From Xanthobacteraceae bacterium (GTDB lineage: Bacteria > Pseudomonadota > Alphaproteobacteria > Rhizobiales > Xanthobacteraceae), in assembly GCA_035623195.1 (NCBI GenBank), contig DASPTX010000114.1, positions 16,293 through 80,292 on the forward strand: a DNA stretch of 64,000 nt, written 5' to 3'. The notes below the pieces were generated by a model. That model did not search any database, was not told the DNA's origin, and saw only the letters and a list, made by a program, of their open reading frames with translations. Each line of letters begins with the position of its first letter. Within the stretch, counting starts at the first letter, position 1. Shown here piece by piece: positions 10,135-18,840 of the stretch. A program made the translations under genes and the position numbers.

Positions 10135-11205
10135 ATGCATATTGCCCAAGTCGCGCCGTTGACAGAGGCCATCCCACCGAAGCTTTATGGCGGCACCGAA
10201 CGGGTCGTTTCCTGGCTGACGGAAGAGCTCATCTCGCTCGGGCACGAGGTCACCCTTTACGCCAGCGGCGACTCGGTGACATCGGCCCAGCTCGAAGCGG
10301 TATGGCCGCGCGCCTTGCGCCTCGAAGGCGCGGTACGCGATCCCAACGCGCTCCATATGGTAATGCTTGAGCGTGTCTATCGGTCCGCGTCGGATTTCGA
10401 TTTCCTGCACTTTCATCTCGACTATTACCCATTCTCGCTGTTTTCCCGGCAGCCGACGCCGTTCGTGACGACGCTGCACGGACGGCTCGACCTGCCTGAG
10501 CATCAGCCGGTCTTCGACACGTTTTCGTCGGTGCCGGTGGTGTCGATCTCGAACGCGCAGCGGCGGCCCTTGCCGCAAGCGCATTGGGTACGTACCGTCC
10601 ATCACGGCCTTCCCGAGCGGCTATTGCTACCGCAGCCGATCAAGCCGTCTTATTTTGGTTTTCTCGGCCGCATCGCGCCCGAAAAAGGCGTCGACCGCGC
10701 CATTCGCATTGCGCAGCATTGCGGCGCACCGCTCAAAATCGCCGCCAAGGTCGATAAAGTCGACGAAGAGTATTTTCACGAGCAGATCAAACCGATGCTC
10801 GCATCGAGCAATACGGAGTTCATCGGCGAGATCGGCGACAAGGACAAATCGGAATTTCTGAGCGGAGCGATCGCGCTCTTGGTACCGATCGATTGGCCCG
10901 AACCATTCGGCTTGGTGATGATCGAAGCGATGGCTTGCGGCACGCCGGTCATCGCCTTCAATCGGGGCTCAACGGCGGAAATCGTCGACGACGGGCTAAC
11001 CGGCTTCGTGGTGGAGGACATCAACGGCGCAACCGGCGCGGTCGACCGGCTCGGACATTTGTCGCGAGAAAAAATCCGCCGGCGCTTCGAACAACGCTTC
11101 ACCGCGCGGCGCATGGCGCAAGACTATTTGAACGCCTACCGCAGCCTCATGGATACGGCCGTCCCGCATTTGCGGCTGGTCGCGCAAAGAACTCCGGCGC
11201 TTTAG
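10135..11205 (+). CDS. glycosyltransferase family 4 (GT-B, group 1)
   Basis: 356 aa. N-terminal MHIAQVAPL...PPKLYGGTERVVSWL and C-terminal EPFGLVMIEAMACGTPVIAF (the EX7E region). Confidence 0.85.
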   Translation: MHIAQVAPLTEAIPPKLYGGTERVVSWLTEELISLGHEVTLYASGDSVTSAQLEAVWPRALRLEGAVRDPNALHMVMLERVYRSASDFDFLHFHLDYYPFSLFSRQPTPFVTTLHGRLDLPEHQPVFDTFSSVPVVSISNAQRRPLPQAHWVRTVHHGLPERLLLPQPIKPSYFGFLGRIAPEKGVDRAIRIAQHCGAPLKIAAKVDKVDEEYFHEQIKPMLASSNTEFIGEIGDKDKSEFLSGAIALLVPIDWPEPFGLVMIEAMACGTPVIAFNRGSTAEIVDDGLTGFVVEDINGATGAVDRLGHLSREKIRRRFEQRFTARRMAQDYLNAYRSLMDTAVPHLRLVAQRTPAL

Positions 11206-11244
11206 CAAGATAGCGCGCGGGCGGCGCCCTCGCCGATGCCAAGG

Positions 11245-12426
11245 CTAGGATTGCGCCTCGTCCGCCGGCTTTGTCTCCGGCATCAGGCGCCAGGCCAGCG
11301 TCAAGCCGACGACGGCGATTGCCGCCAGGCTGGCAAAGGCCGCCGAACTGCCGAAGCGGTCGGTCAGATAGCCCGCAAGCGTCGCGCTCAGCGATGCGCC
11401 GATCCCCGTTGCAGTGCCGAGAATGCCCTGACCGAGATTGAAGTGCCCGGTTCCGCGCGTGAGATCGGCCACCACCAGCGGGACCATGACCGCGAATACC
11501 GCCGCGGTCACGCCGTCGAGAAGCTGCACCGCAACGAGCGCGGATGGATAGGTCACCGTGGCAAACAAGAGCCCGCGGATTGGCAATGCGGCAAAACCGA
11601 TGAGAAGCAGAGGCCGCCGTCCCCAAATTTGCGCCCGCGCGCCGACCCAGGGCGATAAAGCCGCGACGACGAGCTGTGGCACGACGATGCAAGCGGCGAT
11701 GATAAGCGTCGCCCAGCGGGCAGACCTCATTGTGACGACGCTTCCCATCAGCGACAACATCGCCGAATTGGCGAGATGGAATAAGAGCAAACAGCCGGCG
11801 AAAATCAGAAGCGGCCGGTTCTGCATTAATGTGCCCGGGCGGGTCGCTGGGAATGTCGGCGGTTCGGCCGCGGCCCGACGCGGCGGCGCGCCATGGGCGC
11901 GCTCGGGATCGATTTCGTTTTCCGCGATGGCGCGAAGCGCAAATAGCGCCGGAACGAGCAATAACACAGTGACGATGAAGACCGCACGCGCCGAAAGCAG
12001 GTAGCCGCACGCCCCCATCGCGGCGGCGGCCAAGCCGTTGCCCACCGAGGCAAATCGCGCATTGCGGCCGAGTCGTTCGCCGATGGCGGCATGGCCGACG
12101 AGACCGAGGCTGATCGCGGCCATTGCCGGGCCGAGTACGCAGCTCGCAAGCGCGTGCAGAATCGATCCCGCCAGCACGACCGGAAAAATCGGCATCGCCG
12201 CGTAGGTCAGCGCGCTCGCGCAAATGGCGGCGACCGCGACGCCGGCAACGAAACGCTCCGAGCGCGCGGCATCGACGAAGGCGCCGCCGGGCATCTGTCC
12301 GATCAGCGAAACGAAACTCGTAACCGATAAGACAAGCCCGATATCGACCTGGGTCCACCGCTGCGCGGTGAGATACACCGAAACGAAGGGGCCAAAGCCC
12401 GTCTGCACATCGGCAACGAAGAACAC
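11245..12426 (-). CDS. MFS transporter
   Basis: 12-TM pattern. The reading frame stays open upstream of the GTG at 12426 and encodes ...RSLRGLDWFV, so the true N-terminus may lie upstream (see finding). Confidence 0.8.
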   Translation of the reverse strand: MFFVADVQTGFGPFVSVYLTAQRWTQVDIGLVLSVTSFVSLIGQMPGGAFVDAARSERFVAGVAVAAICASALTYAAMPIFPVVLAGSILHALASCVLGPAMAAISLGLVGHAAIGERLGRNARFASVGNGLAAAAMGACGYLLSARAVFIVTVLLLVPALFALRAIAENEIDPERAHGAPPRRAAAEPPTFPATRPGTLMQNRPLLIFAGCLLLFHLANSAMLSLMGSVVTMRSARWATLIIAACIVVPQLVVAALSPWVGARAQIWGRRPLLLIGFAALPIRGLLFATVTYPSALVAVQLLDGVTAAVFAVMVPLVVADLTRGTGHFNLGQGILGTATGIGASLSATLAGYLTDRFGSSAAFASLAAIAVVGLTLAWRLMPETKPADEAQS

Positions 12427-12633
12427 GAACCAGTCGAGCCCCCGAAGGCTCCGTGGCGAGGGCGCAAGCGGCGGCTCGCCGGCGCCCGGCGCCGGGATTT
12501 TTTGCGGCGCCGCCGCAGCCGGCGGTTCGAGCCGGTCGCGATCGCGGCGTAAGGGAGTTGCAGGCAGGATTGAGTCTCCAGCAATCGTCCAGAATTTATG
12601 TTCCGATGTGGCGCGATGATCGCAAATCGCGCG

Positions 12634-13134
12634 TCATTCGACCGGCAGTGGCTCGAGCTTGCCGAGCGCACCGAGAACGACGATGGGTTTGCCGTCCTGA
12701 TATTCGGGAGCCGCCTTGACCTGATCGCGGGTAAGATCGAGGGTGATTTTGGCGTTGGCTTGGCCCGGCGGCGGAAAGTGCAAAGCGTTCCATTCCACGG
12801 CGATCTTGCGGCTGCCAACACCGAGAAAGCCGCCGAAATCGATGATCGCGGCGCGCACGTGACCGCCGCGATCGACGATCACGTCGACGATCCGGCCCAT
12901 ATTCTCGTCGGCGGCGCTCAAAACCTCGCGGCCGAGAATGCCGCCGGCTTCGTGGCTATTGAGTACGGTGACCGACGCCGCTTCCTCGGCGCTCGCCGCC
13001 GGATGGTCGGCGGTCTGGCTCTGTTCCAGCGCCCGTCCCGGCCTTTGGGCTTCTTGCGAAAACGCAAGACCCAACGCCCCGGCAGCAGCGAGGCTCGCAA
13101 CCGCGGCCGTCTTTAACAGGCTCTTGCCGCGCAT
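12634..13134 (-). CDS. secreted PRC-barrel domain protein
   Basis: Start moved to the ATG at 13134 (GGAG 6 nt upstream). Signal peptide MRGKSLLKTAAVASLAAAGALGLAFS. PRC-barrel core LGREVLSAADENMGRIVDVIVDRGGHVRAAIIDFGGFLGVGSRKIAV. Confidence 0.75.
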   Translation of the reverse strand: MRGKSLLKTAAVASLAAAGALGLAFSQEAQRPGRALEQSQTADHPAASAEEAASVTVLNSHEAGGILGREVLSAADENMGRIVDVIVDRGGHVRAAIIDFGGFLGVGSRKIAVEWNALHFPPPGQANAKITLDLTRDQVKAAPEYQDGKPIVVLGALGKLEPLPVE

Positions 13135-13307
13135 GATGGCTCCGTTGGAACTCAGTCCACTAAGCCCTTGCCGGTGCGCTCGGTTCCAAACCGGCCTCGC
13201 CGGTGCCAGCCAATGTGACAACGGCCACGCCGTTCGCCGCGCGGTTCCACGATCGCGAAAGATTCCGGCAATGCCAACCCGGCACAGCCGCTGGGTCGCA
13301 ACGGCCC

Positions 13308-13332
13308 GGAACAATGTGCGTGGTGAATTGTT
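13308..13332 (+). promoter_or_regulatory. sigma-EcfG-type promoter motif GGAAC-N16-TGTT upstream of the Gly/Tyr-rich gene
   Basis: GGAACAATGTGCGTGGTGAATTGTT. 48 nt upstream of ATG 13381. Confidence 0.55.
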
Positions 13333-13380
13333 CCAGATGAGGCAGGGCTCCGTCGGGTGACAGTTCGTAGGAGGGAATCG

Positions 13381-13818
13381 ATGAAACTATTACGTACCTC
13401 GGCTTTAACGGCGGCGCTGATGACGGCGGCCGTTCCATCGCTGACAACTCCGGCTCACGCTTGGGGTTGGGGTTGGCGCGGTGCCGGGTGGGGTTGGGGC
13501 GGGGCGGCACTGGGGCTTGCAGCCGGCGCGGTCGTCGGCAGTGCAATCGCCTCGTCCTACTACGGCTATTACCCGGCTTACGGCTACGGCTATGGAACCG
13601 GTTACGGCTACCCGGCTTACGGCTATGGCTATGGGACCGGTTACACCTATCCGGGTTACGGCTATGGCTATGGGACCGGTTACACCTACCCGGCTTACGG
13701 CTATGGCTACGGGACCGGTTACACCTACCCGGCTTACAGATACGCCTATCACCCCTATATCCGCCGCCATCTCTATGCCGCCACCGCCGGTGTTCGGCAC
13801 TATCGTTATACGCACTAA
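13381..13818 (+). CDS. secreted Gly/Tyr-rich tandem-repeat protein
   Basis: ATG at 13381 with GGAGGGA 5 nt upstream. Signal peptide MKLLRTSALTAALMTAAVPSLTTPAHA, then a WGWGW segment and four 13-aa repeats P(A/G)YGYGYGTGY(G/T)Y. Confidence 0.7.
   Translation: MKLLRTSALTAALMTAAVPSLTTPAHAWGWGWRGAGWGWGGAALGLAAGAVVGSAIASSYYGYYPAYGYGYGTGYGYPAYGYGYGTGYTYPGYGYGYGTGYTYPAYGYGYGTGYTYPAYRYAYHPYIRRHLYAATAGVRHYRYTH
13573..13745 (+). repeat. in-frame 39-bp tandem repeat, ~4.4 copies, inside the Gly/Tyr-rich gene
   Basis: Units start at 13573, 13612, 13651, 13690 and 13729 (CCGGSTTACGGCTAYGGCTAYGGRACCGGTTACRSCTAY). Confidence 0.9.
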
Positions 13819-13892
13819 AAGGGATTCACCTTCTAAAGTGGACTGACTAAACCAGAAAACCAAAGCGCCGTTGTTGCCGTGAACTTTCGCGT

Positions 13893-13928
13893 ATAGCCAG
13901 CCCGCCTGTGGTGGGCTGGCTATTTTTT
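13893..13928 (+). terminator. rho-independent terminator after the Gly/Tyr-rich gene
   Basis: ATAGCCAGCCC-loop9-GGGCTGGCTAT followed by TTTTTT. Confidence 0.8.
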
Positions 13929-14009
13929 CAATGAGATTGAAGACGACACTCACACGAACGAGGGCATGGGAACGAACGGCGGGGTTCCGTTTAAGTAGTA
14001 AACACCAGG

Positions 14010-14104
14010 GCGCAATCGCTTCGAATTGAACCGAATGCGGCTCCATTTTTTCGATAGAGCATGATCTCTTCGAACCGGTCTCGACTTTTCCGGATCATGC
14101 CCTA
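14010..14104. repeat. REP element: GCAATCG..hairpin module plus CATGATC..GATCATG module (copy D)
   Basis: GCGCAATCGCTTCGAATTGAACCGAATGCGGC then GAGCATGATCTCTTCGAACCGGTCTCGACTTTTCCGGATCATGCCCTA. The terminal CTA is the TAG stop of the debranching-enzyme-like gene. Confidence 0.85.
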
Positions 14105-16318
14105 AGCAGAAAATACGATGGAAACGCGGATATTGCCGTTGATGCGGGGCGTATCGAGCGACACGGATTCGCCATGACGCGTCACGCGCAGATCGACGCT
14201 CGATGAAGACAGCCGTAGATCGCGCAGCACCACTTCGTCCAGGAACTCCGGCAGCCGCGGATTGCGCAAGCGGATTTCATGCGCGAACGGATCGAATTCG
14301 AGACCGAGCGAAGCCTCAAGCAAGGTGAAGGGCGTGGCGCTGGCCCAGGCTTGCGGCGAGCAGGCAACCGGATAAAGCGTCGGACCATGACCGCGCTGGC
14401 GCCGAAAGCCGCAGAACAGTTCGGGCAGCCGCCGCTGATCCATATAAGTCGTCGCGCCGAACAATCCGCCGAACACCGTTTCGACGGAACGCTTGGCTTC
14501 GTAGCGCGCCAGCCCGAGCGCGATCAACGCGTTATCGTGCGGCCAGACGGAGCCGTTGTGATAGGACATGGGATTAAAGCGCGCCTCGCCGTGCGCGACC
14601 GTGCGGATCCCCCATCCCGAGAAGAAGCGCGGCTCAAGCAATCCCTTGGCGACACGCGCGGCGCGGTCGGCGGTGGCGATCCCCGTGAATAGAACCTGGC
14701 CGGCATTCGACGTGCGCACCCGGCATGGCTCTTTCGCGCCGTCAAGCGCCAGCGCATAAGTTTCGATGTCTTCGCACCAGAATGCCGCCTCGAACCGCTC
14801 GGCCAGTCGCGTTGCTTCGGCGTCGAGCCTGTCCGCCGCTTCTTTGCGGCCGAGCCTGCGCGCGCAGCGCGCCGCCATCCGTTTGGCGGCGTAGACATAA
14901 CCTTGCACCTCGACCAGCGCGATTGCGCCCTCCGCGAGCCGTCCGTCGGCATGGAAGATCGCATCGTGCGAATCCTTCCAGCCCTGATTGACGAGGCCGC
15001 GTTCGGTCGCGCGCCGGTATTCGACGAAACCGTCGCCGTCCGGATCGCCCGGCCCGTCGATCCAGCCGAGCGACGCTTCGATCGCCGGCCACAGTTCCGC
15101 GATCGCCTCGCGGTCTCCGGTACGTTCGACATAGAGGCCGGCGAGCAGGACAAAGAGTGGGGTGGAGTCGACGCTGCCGTAATAGAGGCCGAACGGAACT
15201 TCCCGCAGCGCCGCCATCTCGCCGCCACGCATTTCATGAAGGATTTTGCCGGGCTGCGCATCGGCAAGCGGGTCGCTCGTCTTGGCCTGATAGACCGCCA
15301 AACGGCGCAACACGCCGCGCGCCACGTCCGGGCTCCACCACAGCATTTGCAGCGCGGTAATCAAGCCGTCGCGGCCGAACGTCGTCGAATACCAGGGAAT
15401 CCCGGCATAGGGATAACGGCCCTGCGGCGTATCCGTCATCAACATTTCAAGATCGGCCGCCGAGCGGCACAGGACCTCGTTGAACCGGGCATTCGAGGTT
15501 TGCACGGAGGTGCGCTCGCGGGTCGCGTCGCGCATTTCCCGGCGCGCCGCGATGAGGCCGCGTATGAACGGCGGCGGGGTGTCCGGACGATTGCAACTGG
15601 CCGCCAGAAAAAGCGGCGTTACGTCGCCGGGCTTAAGTTGCAGATCGTAGACGGCGGCGCCGGTCTTCAACCGATCCGGCGGCGGATCGAATTCGAGCGC
15701 CGTATGTCTCTCCTTGCCGTCCAATCCGCGGTAGGACAACAAGACGCGATCGTCGCCCTGGACCTTCGCGGTTGAGGCGCCGCGGCGTTCGCGATGCGCG
15801 CCGCGCACCTCGAACAAATCGGCGAAGTCGCTCTCGAATAAAATCGTCAGGCGCAGATCGATCGATTGATCGCTGTAATTGCGGATGCCAAGCCGCTGAT
15901 AGGCCGTGTCGCTCCAGATGAAGATAGTGCGAAGAATATGGACACGGTCCTTTTCCATCACGACGCGTTGGCCGTCGATAAGATCGGGATTGGTCAAATC
16001 GACGAAAAACGCCGTGTTGTCGTCGCGGAGATTGGCGCCGAGCAGAAGCGGCGGCCGGCCATTCAACAACAATTCGAGACGCGACAAGTGGCGCGTATCG
16101 TCGTGGAAGAGACCGGACGAGCCGACAAAAGAAGTGCCGATATCGCCGCGGATGTCGAGGACGACGAAAGTGTCGCCGTGTTTGAGCGCACGCGGCAGTT
16201 CGGCGGGCGGCGTCGCGGTGATGGCAAACGCCGCTTCCGGCGGCAAGTTTGGAGAAAATGCCGGCGCCGATCGTGCGCCGGACTGTCCGGTGATAGCGAT
16301 CTTGCTGATCTTTGGCAT
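14102..16318 (-). CDS. amylo-alpha-1,6-glucosidase / glycogen-debranching-enzyme-like glycosidase
   Basis: 738 aa. N-terminal debranching-enzyme-type domain plus a six-hairpin glycosidase C-domain (GIPWYSTTFGRDGLITA, YHNGSVWPHDNALIALGL). Confidence 0.85.
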   Translation of the reverse strand: MPKISKIAITGQSGARSAPAFSPNLPPEAAFAITATPPAELPRALKHGDTFVVLDIRGDIGTSFVGSSGLFHDDTRHLSRLELLLNGRPPLLLGANLRDDNTAFFVDLTNPDLIDGQRVVMEKDRVHILRTIFIWSDTAYQRLGIRNYSDQSIDLRLTILFESDFADLFEVRGAHRERRGASTAKVQGDDRVLLSYRGLDGKERHTALEFDPPPDRLKTGAAVYDLQLKPGDVTPLFLAASCNRPDTPPPFIRGLIAARREMRDATRERTSVQTSNARFNEVLCRSAADLEMLMTDTPQGRYPYAGIPWYSTTFGRDGLITALQMLWWSPDVARGVLRRLAVYQAKTSDPLADAQPGKILHEMRGGEMAALREVPFGLYYGSVDSTPLFVLLAGLYVERTGDREAIAELWPAIEASLGWIDGPGDPDGDGFVEYRRATERGLVNQGWKDSHDAIFHADGRLAEGAIALVEVQGYVYAAKRMAARCARRLGRKEAADRLDAEATRLAERFEAAFWCEDIETYALALDGAKEPCRVRTSNAGQVLFTGIATADRAARVAKGLLEPRFFSGWGIRTVAHGEARFNPMSYHNGSVWPHDNALIALGLARYEAKRSVETVFGGLFGATTYMDQRRLPELFCGFRRQRGHGPTLYPVACSPQAWASATPFTLLEASLGLEFDPFAHEIRLRNPRLPEFLDEVVLRDLRLSSSSVDLRVTRHGESVSLDTPRINGNIRVSIVFSA

Positions 16319-16345
16319 CGCGCGCGGCTGCTCGTGCCGAACCGA

Positions 16346-16370
16346 AACGTCTTGAGCGCGATATTGTTCC
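16346..16370 (-). promoter_or_regulatory. sigma-EcfG-type promoter motif GGAAC-N16-CGTT upstream of the debranching-enzyme-like gene
   Basis: Minus strand GGAACAATATCGCGCTCAAGACGTT. 27 nt upstream of ATG 16318. Confidence 0.65.
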
Positions 16371-16634
16371 CGCCAATCTTGTCCGCTCCAACGCCAAGCC
16401 GATACGCCATCATCCGATCAAAGAATCATCGGCTTGGTTGCTGCGGTGCAATTTGCGGCAGGCGTGGTTTTCGCGGTGCAAGATTGCCGAAAATTAATGC
16501 AGAACTTTCCATTCGCCGTCTGGAAACTCGGCAGGGGAGATAGCAGTTGAAACAGTTGAAACGCCGGTTTGAATTTGGACGAGCGCCCGGCCGAGGTTGA
16601 TGCCGCAGGCGCGAAGAAAACGTTAGGAAACGCC

Positions 16635-18317
16635 ATGAAGAGAACGATAGCAATTCTCGCGACAAGCCTTGCGGTAGGCGCGCTTTGCGTCACGATGGAT
16701 ATCCCGGCGATCGCGAAAGGCGGGCCTGGCGGCTTTCACGTCGGCGGTGGTGGCGGGTTTCATCCGGGCGGAGGCGGCTTTCATATGGGCGGCGGGGGCT
16801 TCCATGGTTTTGCCGCCCACGGTCCGATTCACATGGGTCACGGGCTGAGCGTCGGTCATGCGCTGAGTGCACACGGATTTTCCGGTCACGCTTTTCGCGC
16901 GCGTGGATTTGCGAGCCATGCTATCCGGGGTGGCCATTATTACGCCGGCCATAATCTCGCTCACAATCACGCAATCAACAATGCCGGTCATCTTGCCAAT
17001 CACGGCTTAGCGAACACCGAGCACAATGCGCTCGCCGCGCATAACGCGCTCAACCAATCCGCCCACACTCGGCTCGGCCACGAACAGTTCACGCATAATG
17101 AATTCGCGGCGCGGCATTTCCACGGGCTGAACAGCTTCAGCAAGACTGGCTTCAACCGCAATGCGTTCGGCGACAAGGAAGCCTGGAACCATTGGGGTGG
17201 CCGCTTCTGGGGTGCGGGATGGAACAATTGGGGCGGCGGTTGGGGCGGCTGGGCCGGACCGGTCTTCTGGCCGTTCCTGTTGGGCGACGTCCTGTCGTTC
17301 GTGTTGTGGCCGTATGATTATTACGACCCGTTCTGGGCCTACGGCCCCGGTTTTATCTTCGCCAGCATCTTCGCGCCTGGTCCTTACTTCGGGCTCGATT
17401 ACGGCTACGGACCCGACTATTACGGCCTCTACGGGCCCGACTATTACGGTTACGCCGGCGCGCCGAACATTTACTACAATAGCTACGGCGGCGGGTATGC
17501 CAGCCGCGCCCGCGGCCAGTCCGTCGCCAACGCTGCTGGGAACGCCGCGGCCAAGACCGACGAGGCCGATCGCGCGGCGCTCGCCGAGACCAATAGCGCG
17601 GCGCTGCAAAGCTGCACCGGCCTTGCGCCTGGCGTGACAAATCTGCCGATCGACCGGATCCAGCAGACCGTGCACCCCACAGCCGATCAACAAGCCGCTC
17701 TCGACGCGCTCAACGCGGCATCGTCAAAAGCAAGCGACGTCATCCAGGCGTCGTGCCCGACATCGGTTCCGCTCACGCCGGTCGGCCGCCTCGACGCCGC
17801 CGCAGATCGGCTGCAAGCGACCGTCAAAGCCATACAAATCATAAGCGCGCCGCTCGAGCGCTTCCACGGCTCGCTGAGCGATGAACAGAAGCGGCAGTTC
17901 AACGCAATGAACGGTTCCAGCGAGGGCGGCGGCCCCTCTGGCAATTCTGCCGCTGGCCTGGCGGCGCTCTGCACTCAGCAAATGGGAGGCTTCATCAATT
18001 TGCCGGTCGAGCGCATCGAGCAGGTCGTGCAGCCGACCGCGCAGCAGCAGGACGCCTTCGACAATCTCAAGAAGGCGACGCAAAACGCCTCCGACCGGCT
18101 GCAGTCTTCCTGTCCGACCGCAGTGCCGCAATCGCCGGTGGCGCGGCTCGACACGGTCGAAGCCCGGCTGACCGCAATGACCGACGCCATGAAATCGGTA
18201 CGCCCCGCGCTCGAAAGCTTCTATGCGTCGTTGAACGACGAGCAAAAGGCGAGGTTCAATATGATGGGGCCGCCGCGGGCCGCCTCGCAATCACAGTCGC
18301 AAGGCGACAGACAGTAA
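16635..18317 (+). CDS. secreted His/Gly-rich, aromatic-rich protein with duplicated LTXXQ (Spy/CpxP-like) C-terminal modules
   Basis: ATG at 16635. Signal peptide MKRTIAILATSLAVGALCVTMDIPAIA. GGFH repeats, a W/Y/G-rich middle, then two ~100-aa paralogous modules ending LSDEQKRQFNAM and LNDEQKARFNMM. Confidence 0.7.
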   Translation: MKRTIAILATSLAVGALCVTMDIPAIAKGGPGGFHVGGGGGFHPGGGGFHMGGGGFHGFAAHGPIHMGHGLSVGHALSAHGFSGHAFRARGFASHAIRGGHYYAGHNLAHNHAINNAGHLANHGLANTEHNALAAHNALNQSAHTRLGHEQFTHNEFAARHFHGLNSFSKTGFNRNAFGDKEAWNHWGGRFWGAGWNNWGGGWGGWAGPVFWPFLLGDVLSFVLWPYDYYDPFWAYGPGFIFASIFAPGPYFGLDYGYGPDYYGLYGPDYYGYAGAPNIYYNSYGGGYASRARGQSVANAAGNAAAKTDEADRAALAETNSAALQSCTGLAPGVTNLPIDRIQQTVHPTADQQAALDALNAASSKASDVIQASCPTSVPLTPVGRLDAAADRLQATVKAIQIISAPLERFHGSLSDEQKRQFNAMNGSSEGGGPSGNSAAGLAALCTQQMGGFINLPVERIEQVVQPTAQQQDAFDNLKKATQNASDRLQSSCPTAVPQSPVARLDTVEARLTAMTDAMKSVRPALESFYASLNDEQKARFNMMGPPRAASQSQSQGDRQ

Positions 18318-18323
18318 TAGCTC

Positions 18324-18359
18324 AAACGCCGGCGCTGGACGTGTCCGACGCCGGCGTTT
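18324..18359. terminator. hairpin between convergent genes (possible bidirectional terminator)
   Basis: AAACGCCGGCG-N14-CGCCGGCGTTT. An 11-bp stem flanked by A-run/T-run, between stops at 18317 and 18369. Confidence 0.6.
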
Positions 18360-18368
18360 CTCTCAAAT

Positions 18369-18815
18369 CTAACTACGCCGCTCGCCGCGCTCGCGGCGTT
18401 CACGCGCCCATTGCGCCGCGATGAAACCAACGAGCGCCAGCGGCACGATCCGCTGCCAGCCGACTTCGCGGCCGATTTGCATCGCGGTCGCGAGCGTTCT
18501 CGGGTCAAGGAGCCACGAGGGCGCATGCGCTTTAGCGGCACGCGCGAGGATAGCGCGTTCCTTGACCCTGCGGCGGATCACGAAGCCGACAATCGCGGCG
18601 AGGATTGCAAAACAAACAAAGATCCCCGCCATCACCAGGCCGGCGACGACGGCGCCATAGCGCAGGGACAACCAATCATAGCCGGCTATGCAGATGAAAG
18701 CGAATGCCGTGAGCAGGGCCAGGATCATGACCGCGATGGAAGCCATGACCGCGGCGCTCGCGCCGCTTTTGGCCTGAATCGATAAGATGATTTCCTGAGT
18801 TAAGCCTTTCAGCAT
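18369..18815 (-). CDS. small integral membrane protein (holin-like / YqjE-like), function unknown
   Basis: The track ORF starts inside a REP copy (MIRKSGSRFSEK...). First credible ATG is at 18815 (MLKGLTQEI...). Has 2-3 TM helices. Lies downstream of a DUF883 gene, as in yqjD-yqjE-type pairs. Confidence 0.55.
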   Translation of the reverse strand: MLKGLTQEIILSIQAKSGASAAVMASIAVMILALLTAFAFICIAGYDWLSLRYGAVVAGLVMAGIFVCFAILAAIVGFVIRRRVKERAILARAAKAHAPSWLLDPRTLATAMQIGREVGWQRIVPLALVGFIAAQWARERRERGERRS

Positions 18816-18840
18816 AGCCGAGCCCCACGTTCCAGAGCCC

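Noticed and set aside
12565-12604. GGAAC at 12600-12604 (minus) as an EcfG promoter for the MFS transporter
   Set aside because: The position 16-17 nt downstream reads TGCT, not (C/T)GTT.
16521-16560. GGAAAC...AGTT and direct repeat CAGTTGAAACAGTTGAAAC upstream of the His/Gly-rich gene as an eighth EcfG promoter
   Set aside because: The -35 is GGAAA/GAAAC rather than GGAAC, and the spacing only fits after shifting. It is too weak to count.
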